Source: Wolbachia endosymbiont of Dirofilaria (Dirofilaria) immitis (lineage in GTDB: Bacteria > Pseudomonadota > Alphaproteobacteria > Rickettsiales > Anaplasmataceae). From it: a stretch of 32,000 nucleotides of DNA. The number at the start of each line of letters is the position of its first letter. Positions within the stretch are counted from its first letter, which is position 1. A program made the position numbers and the translations under genes. A model generated the notes under the pieces. That model saw only the letters and a list, made by a program, of their open reading frames with translations. It did no database searches and had not been told where the DNA came from. The stretch is taken from positions 240,001 to 272,000 of the forward strand of contig NZ_CP046578.1 of assembly GCF_013365455.1 (NCBI RefSeq), written 5' to 3'. This document shows positions 17,684 through 26,219 of this stretch, piece after piece.

Positions 17684-17707
17684 AAAGAACAGGATATCCT
17701 GTTCTTT
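17684..17707 (-). terminator. possible intrinsic terminator hairpin
   Basis: AAAGAACAGG-ATAT-CCTGTTCTTT forms a perfect 10-bp stem with a 4-nt loop. On the minus strand it is followed by TATTGATGTTT, and it sits at the 3' end of the minus-strand relic 17708-18204. Confidence 0.3.
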
Positions 17708-18204
17708 AAGAGAACACCGGTTGCTAATAGTGCCTTTACTGCAAAAGCTTCAATGTTCTGATACTAAATTGTACAACTTTTCATTGTAATATCAGCAAGT
17801 GATCTAAAGTCTTTTTCTGCTCTAGATAACTTTCTATGTTCTCCCTTTAATGTTTTTATTTCTTTAAAAATTTTTGCACGAAGGTAGCGAATTTCTTATT
17901 ATTTACGGTATGACTATAAAGCTCTTATAATGGATCTTCAAAGATATCATTTCGGTTATTACTAGCATAAATATTTACTGCATGTTTATAAAGAAGTTTA
18001 TTAAATCAGGAAGTTGTTCTTTAAAATTGACCATCTACCTAGTTCATTGATGATTGACGAACAATCGCTGATGTAAAATAGTATTTCTTCTCTATTATCT
18101 CTTATCTCTACTTTATTAACGCTTGTTTCACTTTCTAGTAGAAGTCTTGTTATTTTTATATCTAATAATAACTTTACTGCTTCTTTATTCTTATTTTTTC
18201 TCAT
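17708..18204 (-). pseudogene. unidentified small gene relic with in-frame stops
   Basis: One minus-strand frame reads MRKNKNKEAVKLLLDIKITRLLLESETSVNKVEIRDNREEILFYISDCSSIINELGRWSILKNNFLI. A cluster of stops follows, then EIRYLRAKIFKEIKTLKGEHRKLSRAEKDFRSLADITMKSCTI-stop-YQNIEAFAVKALLATGVLLK, ending at the hairpin. I recognised no family. Confidence 0.3.
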
Positions 18205-18417
18205 ATAAATAGTGCTATGAGTTTTAGTATAGCTATCTCTTATATAAAGTTAGTTAACTTCTTTAGTAAAGATTTAATTAGTAGTACACGTGTAGCTTCT
18301 TTTCTCTGCGATCAATTGCGCTATGCAAGAACGTTTATTTCTGATCTGATACTATAACTATTGTGTAACTTGAACCTAAAACTTAGATTGACTTATATTC
18401 TTTTTACTTTATTATAT

Positions 18418-19790
18418 ATGAAAATCTTTCCTTGGCTAATTTTTTATTTCTTCGTAAATTTGGTATGATTAATCTTACTATGGTCAATATATCACTTATC
18501 CTTGCAAATATGTTGATCAACTTTTTGAAATGGGGCTCATTTTTTTGTACTGTATTATTAAGATAAAGCTGTTTAATGATATATGGTAAACCTGAAGAAG
18601 GTTAGGATTTTTGTTTTCGATGCTTATACCTATTACCGTAAAACATAGTTGCCTATAGTTTTGAAAGAGAGTTAGTATCAAGTTATCAATAAACTACTTA
18701 TGAGATAAGTTTTATGGAAAGTAGAGCTAAAACTTGGTCTATTTAGCCGATTGGTGACCAAGTTATTATATTTAGTAAAATACTGATAATCTATACTTTT
18801 ACAAGTGTGAGTTTTAAAAAAAGAGCTTAGACCTACAATTATGTAAGTTGTATTGGCAAGTTTAGCATGTGCTTGAACTTTTGCCATCTCACGATTTTTC
18901 AGTGGTGATTGCAATTGGAGCTCATTTGGTTTTATTTGAACTACTCATTTGAACGTGCCTGTTTTCCTCTTACCTGATTTGAACTGATATTTTCAATTAA
19001 TACAGACAATTTCAAGCCTTCCTATGTTGGTGATTTGAGCGTTTTTTTATAGTTTGTTTGCTAAGGTTATATGTTGGAAAACCTGATTGTATACATAATG
19101 CTATTTTATGTGTTGATGCTTGCATTCATGTTTTTATCTAAACATGTTTTCAGAGAGCTATTTTAAAAGTACTTAATAAAGAGCTTAATTAATAAGAACG
19201 GTAATGTATTCTATACTTGTGGTGCTGGGATTAAGGGGTATCTAGGTAACCTTAACAGTAGGTGCTATTACTTCTGGAGTATTTCTGATCTTTAACATCT
19301 CAAGAGTTTTGGGATTATTGAGCAACTCAGAGTTTTATGTAAGGGAATCAGATGAAGCAATTGCGATTGTTGGTTTGGTCTTGTAATCAGTGCTCCCTAA
19401 TTGCAGGTTGAACCTAAAATTTATCTAGAATGGAAGGTACACAATCTCTTCTCTATTATATAGAGTGTTTCAATTATCATTTTGCTATGTGGCTATTTAA
19501 AAGTTTATATTATATGCTTTTATATGTTGACGTTTGGTCTTCTTGCAGGGCACATGTGCTTGATTTTACTTGTTGGAAGCGAAATTGTGGAATGGTGATA
19601 TAAGCATATTATTGTCTATTATTAACAGATTTGTGTTTAAAATGAGGTAGAGAATTAGAGCGTTAATTCTAGCACTTCTTACAAGTTATCAAATAGTGTT
19701 TTTTGATATTTGGAGTGTTAGCAACTGCTAGTATTTTAAATTATGCTGTAAAAAAGGAATATCGTAAAATAAAGTAGCTGGGTCTAGAGT
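18418..19790 (+). pseudogene. eroded polytopic membrane (transporter-like) gene
   Basis: A chain of hydrophobic, TM-like plus-strand fragments in shifting frames: MKIFPWLIFYFFVNLV, FSVVIAIGAHLVLFELLI, MLENLIVYIMLFYVLMLAFMFLSKHVF, MYSILVVLGLRGI/VTLTVGAITSGVFLIFNISRVLGLL, EAIAIVGLVL and RALILALLTSYQIVFFDIW. Family not identified; boundaries approximate. Confidence 0.35.
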
Positions 19791-19826
19791 TAATTATTAT
19801 TTTATATTTGCATATTGTAATAAATT

Positions 19827-20126
19827 ATGGATTACGTTGTGACAAAAGACATAACAGTAATTAAAGCAACAATAGCTGAAGGTATCAAGAAATTGGATTG
19901 TCAAAAGAAGACTCCACTGCAATAATAGACGATATATTGGATAAAATAAAGATAAGCTTAGCAAAGGAAGGAATAATGAAAATATCATTATTTATTTGGG
20001 GCGTTCTTAGTTAAAAAAAGAAAGACCAGGGAATATACCAAAAACATCAGGAAGAATGGTGATTCAAGCGAGAAATTCGGTTTTTTTAGACCTTCAAAAG
20101 TAATAAAGAAATTAATTAATAAATAA
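19827..20126 (+). pseudogene. HU/IHF-family DNA-binding protein pseudogene
   Basis: MDYVVTKDITVIKATIAEGIKKLDCQKKTPLQ is followed by two stops. Then comes DDILDKIKISLAKEGIMKISLFIWGVLS-stop-KKK. After a frameshift the sequence reads RKTREYTKNIRKNGDSSEKFGFFRPSKVIKKLIN. This follows the HU/IHF pattern (...v..il..i...L.~G..V.i.gFG.F.vkkR.aR.gRNPkTGe.i.i.a...v.FrPsk.lk..in). Confidence 0.65.
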
Positions 20127-20189
20127 GAAAGTTACTCTACATGAAGAGAAGTTGCTAAAGAGCATACTTGAATAATGTATTTAAGGTAC

Positions 20190-20560
20190 TGGGGAAATCA
20201 ATTCTGTCAAGTAAAATCTATAGAGAATGAGGAAAAAGGTTATATAGTTATAAGTGTGTAGGTTATAAAAAATAAAGCATATGTTATATGGTAAAATATG
20301 TATGATAGAAAGAGTGTAAAGAGAATTTGATGATGGTGTAAAAAGTTAATCGCAGTTCGAAGGATTTGTTGCAAGAACTTACCCACAGGGATTATTTGAT
20401 CAGCAAAATAAATAGTAAAGGAAATGGTCAGTAACCATAAGTGTATGGCATGTAAATTGTGTGTGTATAATTAAAAAGGTAATCAAGAAAAGTGGTGAAC
20501 TTATATTTAAAAACGTCTGTGTCGTTAAGTGGTAAAGTAAGAATTTAGTTAATATTTACC
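20190..20560 (+). pseudogene. infC: tentative translation initiation factor IF-3 (infC) relic
   Basis: One plus-strand frame, with in-frame stops, gives three IF-3-like pieces. VKSIENEEKGYIVISV resembles the IF-3 N-domain VRLID..Ge.lGv.s. 42 codons later, WCKKLIAVRRI resembles PVCKimDygKf.Y. 27 codons after that Cys, VKEM sits where the C-domain KEi(R/K) begins. Another frame gives VIKKSGELIFKNV (FLe.GdKVKv). The position upstream of rpmI-rplT fits the conserved infC-rpmI-rplT order. The similarity is weak. Confidence 0.3.
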
Positions 20561-20605
20561 CTTGCGATTAAGAAAAAATCAATACATTCACAATAGATTT
20601 AGTTT

Positions 20606-21073
20606 ATGTTTTGTGTGTGGATGTTAGAAATGAAATTTTACATAGGTAAAGAAAGAAGAATAGCAAATATAGTAACTCAATACTGGAGTGAGGTAAAAGG
20701 GCCAAATAGAAATTGGCCAGGAAGGCATGAGATAGATGTTGCCGAAATAGTGGAATCTTGGCAGCACTGTTTTATTATTGAAGTTAATGATTGTGGTTAT
20801 ATTTGTGAAAACGCAGGAAGAAAGGCTATTGAGTTCTATGGGTTTGAAAAAAGTATGCGTATTGATAGCAAATATGCAATTGATGCACTATTTTTGCACC
20901 TATATAAAATAGATGTAATTATTGATAAATTTGATGCTGTGGTAGATGGTAAGTGCTTGATCAACGAAGAGGAAGAGAGTGAAAGTGTTAAGATGAGGCA
21001 GGTTTTGTTGCCACTTGGAAACAAAAAAGATATAACACACATACTGGGCTTAGTTACATTTAAGCTTCTTTAA
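20606..21073 (+). CDS. small stand-alone PAS-like protein (PAS_5/PF07310-like), function unknown
   Basis: 155 aa. YWSEVKGPNRNWPGRHEIDVAEIVESWQHCFIIEV...CENAGRKAIEFYG...RQVLLPLGNKKDITHILGLV fits my recollection of the alphaproteobacterial PAS_5 family pattern (yW..lrg.r.mP.r.diDp.ei...l.~~.llev...f..r..G..i....G...~~~..llLPL...g.v..ilG). The true start may be an internal Met (MLEMKF or MKFYIG). Confidence 0.5.
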   Translation: MFCVWMLEMKFYIGKERRIANIVTQYWSEVKGPNRNWPGRHEIDVAEIVESWQHCFIIEVNDCGYICENAGRKAIEFYGFEKSMRIDSKYAIDALFLHLYKIDVIIDKFDAVVDGKCLINEEEESESVKMRQVLLPLGNKKDITHILGLVTFKLL

Positions 21074-21214
21074 TATACAATTTTAGCTTGTACTATAGCT
21101 TTAGGTTGTATATTATAGCATTATAAGTTACAATGCTGCTCTATTCTTTAATAGAGTTAATTAAGTAGTTTCTTTTGAAAGAATTGGGGTGATAATCTTT
21201 ATATGTAAATTTAT

Positions 21215-21421
21215 ATGAAAAAAATGAAATTGAAAACGAAATCTTCTGTTAAAAAACGTTTCAATCTTACAGCTAAGGGTAAAGTTATTTCTACTCAATC
21301 AGGTAAAAGGCATGGTATGATAAAAAGGAGTAAATCTAGCATTCGTAATCAACGTGGTACAGTGATTCTTGGCAAGTCTGACTCGCGTATAATTAAGCTT
21401 TATATGCCTTATGGTATTTAA
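21215..21421 (+). CDS. rpmI: 50S ribosomal protein L35
   Basis: [45 protein letters not shown] is canonical L35. The start could be ATG 21215 or ATG 21224. Confidence 0.9.
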   Translation: MKKMKLKTKSSVKKRFNLTAKGKVISTQSGKRHGMIKRSKSSIRNQRGTVILGKSDSRIIKLYMPYGI

Positions 21422-21441
21422 TAAAATGGAGGTAAGATAGA

Positions 21442-21807
21442 ATGGCTAGAGTAAAACGTGGAATTACCACTCACGCTCGTCATAAAAAAATATTGAAGTT
21501 AGCGAAAAGCTATAGGGGACGTGCAAAAAATTGTTACAGAATTGCTCTACAAAGGGTTGAAAAAGCATTACAGTACGCTTACAGGGACAGAAGAAATCGT
21601 AAGCGTGATTTTCGTAGTCTGTGGATAATACGTATTAACGCAGCAGTAAGGGAACATGGGCTTACTTATGGTAAATTTATACATGGACTCACCCTTGCTA
21701 AAATTTGCTTAAATAGAAAAGTTCTTGCTGAAATGGCTGTTAATTATAAAGATGATTTTAAAAGATTAATAAAAACTGTCAACAGCAAATTAGTAGAAAA
21801 TTCTTGA
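21442..21807 (+). CDS. rplT: 50S ribosomal protein L20
   Basis: [35 protein letters not shown]...[23 protein letters not shown] is canonical L20, directly after rpmI. Confidence 0.95.
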   Translation: MARVKRGITTHARHKKILKLAKSYRGRAKNCYRIALQRVEKALQYAYRDRRNRKRDFRSLWIIRINAAVREHGLTYGKFIHGLTLAKICLNRKVLAEMAVNYKDDFKRLIKTVNSKLVENS

Positions 21808-21826
21808 TCTCCTTAAACGAAGCAGC

Positions 21827-22735
21827 ATGAGAGTTATTTTTATGGGGTCACCTGAATTTGCTGTTAGTACACTAAACCTATTATTAAAGTCAAAAAATGA
21901 GGTAGTAGCAATATATACCAAGGCTCCCAAGCCCTCAGGGCGTGGGCAAAGGCTAACGAAATCTCCTATACATGCTGTCGCTGAAAAAAATGATATAGAG
22001 GTGTGTGCTCCTACATCGCTTAAATCTTTAGTAGAGCAAGAAAAGTTTAAGAGTTTCAAACCAGATGTTGCGGTGATTGTTTCATATGGATTGATTCTTC
22101 CAAAAGAAATTTTGAATATTCCTAAGTATGGTTGTATTAATATTCATCCTTCACTGCTGCCTAGATGGCGCGGTGCAGCTCCCATACAACATGCAATTTT
22201 AGCAGGAGACCGAGAAACTGGAATTAGCATTATGCAGTTGAGTGAGGGATTAGATTCTGGTCCTATTTTAAAGCAGAAAAAATTTGTGATTGAAAAAGAT
22301 GATAATTACAAGACATTGCACGATAAATTGTCTATATTAGGCAGTAATTTGCTGATGGAGGTATTAAATGAAATTGAAAAACAGGTTCCTTTGGAGCAGG
22401 GAGATGATAATATATGCTATGCTGATAAAGTGGAAGACTATAGGATATATGCAAATAATGCTTGTGAAATTGCCTATAGGAAAGTTAAGGCATTTTACCC
22501 TAAAGCGTTTGTCAAGATAGGGAACAAACGTCTCAAAGTACTAGATGCTGATTTCGAAATAAATCTCTCTTTAACTTCAGCGCAAGGTGAGATTATTAAT
22601 GATAATATGCATATAAGCTTAGAAAACGGCGTTTTGATTCCTAAAGTGGTCCAAATGGAAGGAAGAAACCCTTGCAAAGTTGCGGATTTTGTCCGTGGCC
22701 TAAAATTAAACATAGTGAAAAAGTTTATAGAGTGA
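21827..22735 (+). CDS. fmt: methionyl-tRNA formyltransferase
   Basis: [60 protein letters not shown] and GLDSGPIL are the canonical Fmt motifs. Confidence 0.9.
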   Translation: MRVIFMGSPEFAVSTLNLLLKSKNEVVAIYTKAPKPSGRGQRLTKSPIHAVAEKNDIEVCAPTSLKSLVEQEKFKSFKPDVAVIVSYGLILPKEILNIPKYGCINIHPSLLPRWRGAAPIQHAILAGDRETGISIMQLSEGLDSGPILKQKKFVIEKDDNYKTLHDKLSILGSNLLMEVLNEIEKQVPLEQGDDNICYADKVEDYRIYANNACEIAYRKVKAFYPKAFVKIGNKRLKVLDADFEINLSLTSAQGEIINDNMHISLENGVLIPKVVQMEGRNPCKVADFVRGLKLNIVKKFIE

Positions 22736-22797
22736 GCAACTCTCCTTGTATAGTCAATTTACTTGATTGATATGTCAAAGCAAGTGTCAGAGCAGGG

Positions 22798-23301
22798 CTA
22801 CACCTGGCGGTTTTGTGATGAAATAAATTTCTCAACACTACTAATAACAAAATTAGTTGTACTATCAGCTGCCTCATCTAGTTTGTCGTTTATGCTTTTC
22901 CCTATTTCTTCACCCTTAAAACACTCACGTAGAGCTAAAGCAGCTATAGCTGCATATGCTGCTGCAGTTGACCAAGTTTGTGCTGCAATAAGCAGTGATA
23001 GCCAGCCTACAAATGTGGATATTAGCCCAATAGCTAGATTTGTGATTTCGTCTTGTGTTGTTTTTTGTGTTATTTGGTTTTGATATGCCTGTTTACCCTT
23101 TAAGATGTTTAACGCTGCTTTGGAAGTGATTTTTATTGCTATTGCTATAATCGAGGCTATAATTAGCCTTGCAGCTATTCTTGCTAAAAGGAAAATCGAT
23201 GATAGCATTGTTATGAATAATAATGAGCTGGATAATGAGCTGGCTGCTATAATGTGCCACTTTTTATTTATTTGCTTAGTTTGATTTTCATTATTGCACA
23301 T
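22798..23301 (-). CDS. hypothetical membrane protein with two paired hydrophobic hairpins (orphan)
   Basis: Longest ORF at this locus. ATG at 23301 (MCNNENQTKQINKKW...); the track version starts at TTG 23364. Two roughly 40-aa Ala/Ile-rich hydrophobic blocks (HIIAASSLSSSLLFITMLSSIFLLARIAARLIIASIIAIAIKI and LAIGLISTFVGWLSLLIAAQTWSTAAAYAAIAALAL) are separated by a polar Q/T-rich linker, followed by an acidic/polar C-terminal tail. I recognised no family. Confidence 0.5.
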   Translation of the reverse strand: MCNNENQTKQINKKWHIIAASSLSSSLLFITMLSSIFLLARIAARLIIASIIAIAIKITSKAALNILKGKQAYQNQITQKTTQDEITNLAIGLISTFVGWLSLLIAAQTWSTAAAYAAIAALALRECFKGEEIGKSINDKLDEAADSTTNFVISSVEKFISSQNRQV

Positions 23302-23517
23302 AATAAGCCTTATACTTTGCTTAAATGACTTATTTAAGTTAACATGAGATATGAGAGTAGTCAAGGTATGTCTATATATAGGGAATATATTAAAAGTATT
23401 TTCTGTATTATTCTTTGCTTATTTATGGTTAGGTTTAGAATTTTAGAAAGAACTTTTTACCTATTATGTTATTTAAAACTCTTATATACTACTTTAAGAT
23501 CAGTTAGAAAGAATGAA

Positions 23518-24690
23518 GTGCAAGATGCAGTTTTAGTTTTACAAAGTGGTAAATCCTTTTTAGGGAAGTCAATAGGTAAAAAGGGTAAGTGTGTAGGTGA
23601 GATTTGTTTTACCACTTGTGCTACTGGTTACCAGCATACTATAACTGATCCTTCCTTTGCTGATCAAATTATAATGTTTACTTTCCCTCATATCGGTAAC
23701 ATTGGAATAAACAGCAAAGATAGTGAAGGAGAAAAAGTTTTTGCAAGTGGTGTAATTATACGCGAACTTTCTCCTGCATCTCATCCTTCTTCATATATTA
23801 GTTTAAATGATTGGTTAGAGAAAAATGATGTAGTTGGAATATCAGGAGTTGATACTAGAGCCTTAACTAGATATTTAAGAAAGCATGGATATCAAAATGG
23901 AATGATATGTTCATTGACCTATCCTTTAGGGTGTAATGCTGGTGCCTATAGCAATCAAGCTATTCAAGTGATAGAAGATTTATCAAATGAGTTAGGTGAA
24001 TACAAATTTATAAATGGAATGGAAATAATTAATGTAGTTAGTTTGAGTAATGATATTGATACGCCTGTCGTTCAAATAGCTGACACTAGAGCTCAGAGTA
24101 TTGAAAAGTATAAAGTCATAATAGTTGATTTCGGCGTAAAGTCTAGTATAGTTTCACGCTTAGTAGAGCTTGGATGCATAATTAAACTAATTAGGCCAGA
24201 TAAAGGTTTTTCTCAGAGAATATTAAATATGTGTCCGGATGGCATAGTACTTTCAAATGGTCCAGGTGATCCACAAAAAATAGGAGAGAACATAATCTCA
24301 GAAATAAATGTTATTATAAAGTCCAAAATACCAATTCTTGGAATATGTATGGGTCATCAATTGCTTGCGATTGCCTTAGGAGCAAAAACTACTAAGATGA
24401 GTGTTGGTCATCGAGGGAGTAATCATCCAGTTTATAATGTAAATAGTAAGAAAGTTGAGATTACTAGCCAGAATCATGGCTTTGTTGTCGATCCATATTT
24501 TTTACCAAGAAATGTGGAGGTTACTCACGTTTCTCTATTTGATAACAGTATAGAAGGAATAATGATGAAAAATTATCCAGTTTTCTCTGTGCAATACCAC
24601 CCGGAAGAAGCGCCAGGTACTCATGATTCACATTACTTATTTAAGTACTTTATTAATAATATTAAATTATATAAGACGAAATCTATATAA
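23518..24690 (+). CDS. carA: carbamoyl-phosphate synthase small (glutaminase) subunit
   Basis: From GTG 23518: (M)QDAVLVLQSGKSFLGKSIG...GEICFTTCATGYQHTITDPSFADQIIMFTFPHIGNIGIN. The GATase triad context is ILGICMGHQLLA, NHGF and VQYHPEEAPGTHD. The 58 upstream codons of the track ORF are low-complexity and overlap the divergent gene. Confidence 0.9.
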   Translation: MQDAVLVLQSGKSFLGKSIGKKGKCVGEICFTTCATGYQHTITDPSFADQIIMFTFPHIGNIGINSKDSEGEKVFASGVIIRELSPASHPSSYISLNDWLEKNDVVGISGVDTRALTRYLRKHGYQNGMICSLTYPLGCNAGAYSNQAIQVIEDLSNELGEYKFINGMEIINVVSLSNDIDTPVVQIADTRAQSIEKYKVIIVDFGVKSSIVSRLVELGCIIKLIRPDKGFSQRILNMCPDGIVLSNGPGDPQKIGENIISEINVIIKSKIPILGICMGHQLLAIALGAKTTKMSVGHRGSNHPVYNVNSKKVEITSQNHGFVVDPYFLPRNVEVTHVSLFDNSIEGIMMKNYPVFSVQYHPEEAPGTHDSHYLFKYFINNIKLYKTKSI

Positions 24691-24803
24691 TTAAAATTAT
24701 TAAAGATTTTACTGCTTGATTTTTTACTTTTAGGTATTTATTATAAATATAATAAGAGATTAAGTTGAAATGCTGAGGTAATACTTTCTTAATAAATTTT
24801 TGT

Positions 24804-24886
24804 GGAGGGGTGACCGAGTGGTTAAAGGTAACAGACTGTAAATCTGTCCGCGAAAGCGTACATAGGTTCAAATCCTATCTCCTCCA
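24804..24886 (+). tRNA. tRNA-Tyr (anticodon GTA), class II with long variable arm; CCA not encoded
   Basis: Manual cloverleaf: acceptor GGAGGGG/CTCCTCC, D stem ACC/GGT, anticodon stem ACAGA/TCTGT with loop CTGTAAA, variable arm CGC-GAAA-GCG, T arm ATAGG-TTCAAAT-CCTAT, discriminator A. Confidence 0.9.
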
Positions 24887-24890
24887 TTGT

Positions 24891-24962
24891 GCGGGTATAG
24901 CTTAATTGGTAGAGCTCTAGCCTTCCAAGCTAGTGGAGTGGGTTCAAATCCCACTATCCGCT
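24891..24962 (+). tRNA. tRNA-Gly (anticodon TCC); CCA not encoded
   Basis: Manual cloverleaf: acceptor GCGGGTA/TATCCGC, D stem GCTT/GAGC, anticodon stem CTAGC/GCTAG with loop CTTCCAA, T arm GTGGG-TTCAAAT-CCCAC. A T-run follows (24964-24972). Confidence 0.9.
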
Positions 24963-24970
24963 CTTTTTTT

Positions 24971-24999
24971 TTGTTGTATTTTTGTAAAATCAATATATT
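24971..24999 (+). promoter_or_regulatory. candidate sigma-70-type promoter upstream of tuf
   Basis: TTGTTG (24971-24976), a 17-nt spacer, then TATATT (24994-24999), about 40 nt upstream of the tuf ATG. Such matches are common by chance in AT-rich DNA. Confidence 0.25.
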
Positions 25000-25041
25000 A
25001 CTATTGATGTATTTTGCATTTTAGGTAGAAAAGTTTAGGTT

Positions 25042-26214
25042 ATGGGACAAATAGTAGAGGCATTTGGTAAGCCACATGTGAATGTGGGAACAATAGGACA
25101 TGTAGATCATGGGAAGACAACGTTGACAGCAGCAATAACGAAGTACTATGGACATTTCGTAGCATATGACCAAATAGATAAAGCACCCGAAGAGAGAAAA
25201 AGGGGAATAACAATAGCAACAGCACATGTCGAGTATGAAACAGATAAGAGACACTATGCACATGTTGACTGTCCCGGGCATGCTGATTACGTAAAAAATA
25301 TGATAGTAGGTGCAGCACAAATGGATGCAGCAATATTGGTAGTGTCCGGAGTCGATGGGCCAATGCCGCAAACAAGAGAGCATATATTACTAGCAAAGCA
25401 AGTTGGTGTTAAGTATATTGTTGTGTATATAAATAAAGCTGATGTAGCTGATCATGATATGATTGGTTTAGTGGAGATGGAGGTCAGGGAATTGTTGAGC
25501 AAGTATGAATTTCCTGGTGATGATGTTCCTGTAGTGATTGGGTCTGCATTAAAAGCGCTAGAAGATGAAGACAGTGAATATGGAAAGAAGTCAATAGAAA
25601 GATTGATGGAAAAATTAGATGAATATGTAGCAGTTCCACCAAGGCCTGTGGATTTACCATTTTTGATGCCAATTGAAGATGTATTTTCAATACCGGGACG
25701 TGGGACAGTAGTAACAGGAAGAATAGAAAGAGGAGAAATAAAAACAGGTGAAGAGATAGAGATAGTAGGTTTGAAAGCAACGCGGAAGACAATATGTACA
25801 GGAGTAGAAATGTTTAAAAAGTGCTTAGATAAGGGGTGTGCTGGGTTGAATGTAGGAGTATTGCTAAGGGGAACAAAAAGAGAAGAAGTAGAAAGGGGTC
25901 AAGTATTAGCAAAGCCAAATTCAATAACACCGCATAAGAAGTTTAAAGCAGAGGTATATGTATTGAAGAAAGAAGAGGGAGGAAGACATACACCATTTTT
26001 TGAAAATTATCAGCCGCAGTTTTATATAAGAACTACGGATGTGACAGGAAGTATAAAATTGTTAGAGGGAAAAGAGATGGTAATGCCAGGGGATAATGTG
26101 AGTATAGAAATAGAATTACAGGTACCAATAGCAATGGATAAGGGGTTGCGTTTTGCAATAAGAGAAGGTGGTAGAACTGTTGGTTCTGGTGTTGTTTCTG
26201 AAATTTTGGAGTAA
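25042..26214 (+). CDS. tuf: translation elongation factor Tu
   Basis: [42 protein letters not shown] and GRHTPFF...[16 protein letters not shown] confirm EF-Tu over the full length. The coding strand is strongly purine-rich. Confidence 0.97.
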   Translation: MGQIVEAFGKPHVNVGTIGHVDHGKTTLTAAITKYYGHFVAYDQIDKAPEERKRGITIATAHVEYETDKRHYAHVDCPGHADYVKNMIVGAAQMDAAILVVSGVDGPMPQTREHILLAKQVGVKYIVVYINKADVADHDMIGLVEMEVRELLSKYEFPGDDVPVVIGSALKALEDEDSEYGKKSIERLMEKLDEYVAVPPRPVDLPFLMPIEDVFSIPGRGTVVTGRIERGEIKTGEEIEIVGLKATRKTICTGVEMFKKCLDKGCAGLNVGVLLRGTKREEVERGQVLAKPNSITPHKKFKAEVYVLKKEEGGRHTPFFENYQPQFYIRTTDVTGSIKLLEGKEMVMPGDNVSIEIELQVPIAMDKGLRFAIREGGRTVGSGVVSEILE

Positions 26215-26219
26215 AGTGT

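Noticed and set aside
18369-19420. Shared 12-mer TTGAACCTAAAA at about 18369 and about 19408, with CAATTGCG roughly 50 nt upstream of each.
   Set aside because: The spacing differs (57 versus 50 nt) and the intervening sequence does not align. Both lie inside the same putative membrane-protein relic, so this is consistent with chance.
21139-21156. Hairpin CTCTATT-CTTT-AATAGAG upstream of rpmI, considered as a terminator or an L20-binding leader.
   Set aside because: The stem is only 7 bp and AT-rich with no following T-run, and I could not recognise an L20 leader-like pseudoknot. Too weak to call.
22763-23083. 106-aa plus-strand ORF opposite the orphan membrane protein.
   Set aside because: It is shorter than, and nested in, the 168/188-aa minus-strand ORF, and GCN-rich periodicity keeps both strands open. 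I favoured the longer ORF with its coherent TM architecture, but strand choice is not proven.
23344-23517. 58-codon N-terminal extension of the carA track ORF. A similar case is the 21-codon extension of fdxA at 16245-16307.
   Set aside because: The family-conserved N-termini begin at GTG 23518 (QDAVLVLQSG...) and ATG 16308 (MTHFITDKC...). The extensions are low-complexity, and for carA the extension overlaps the divergent gene.
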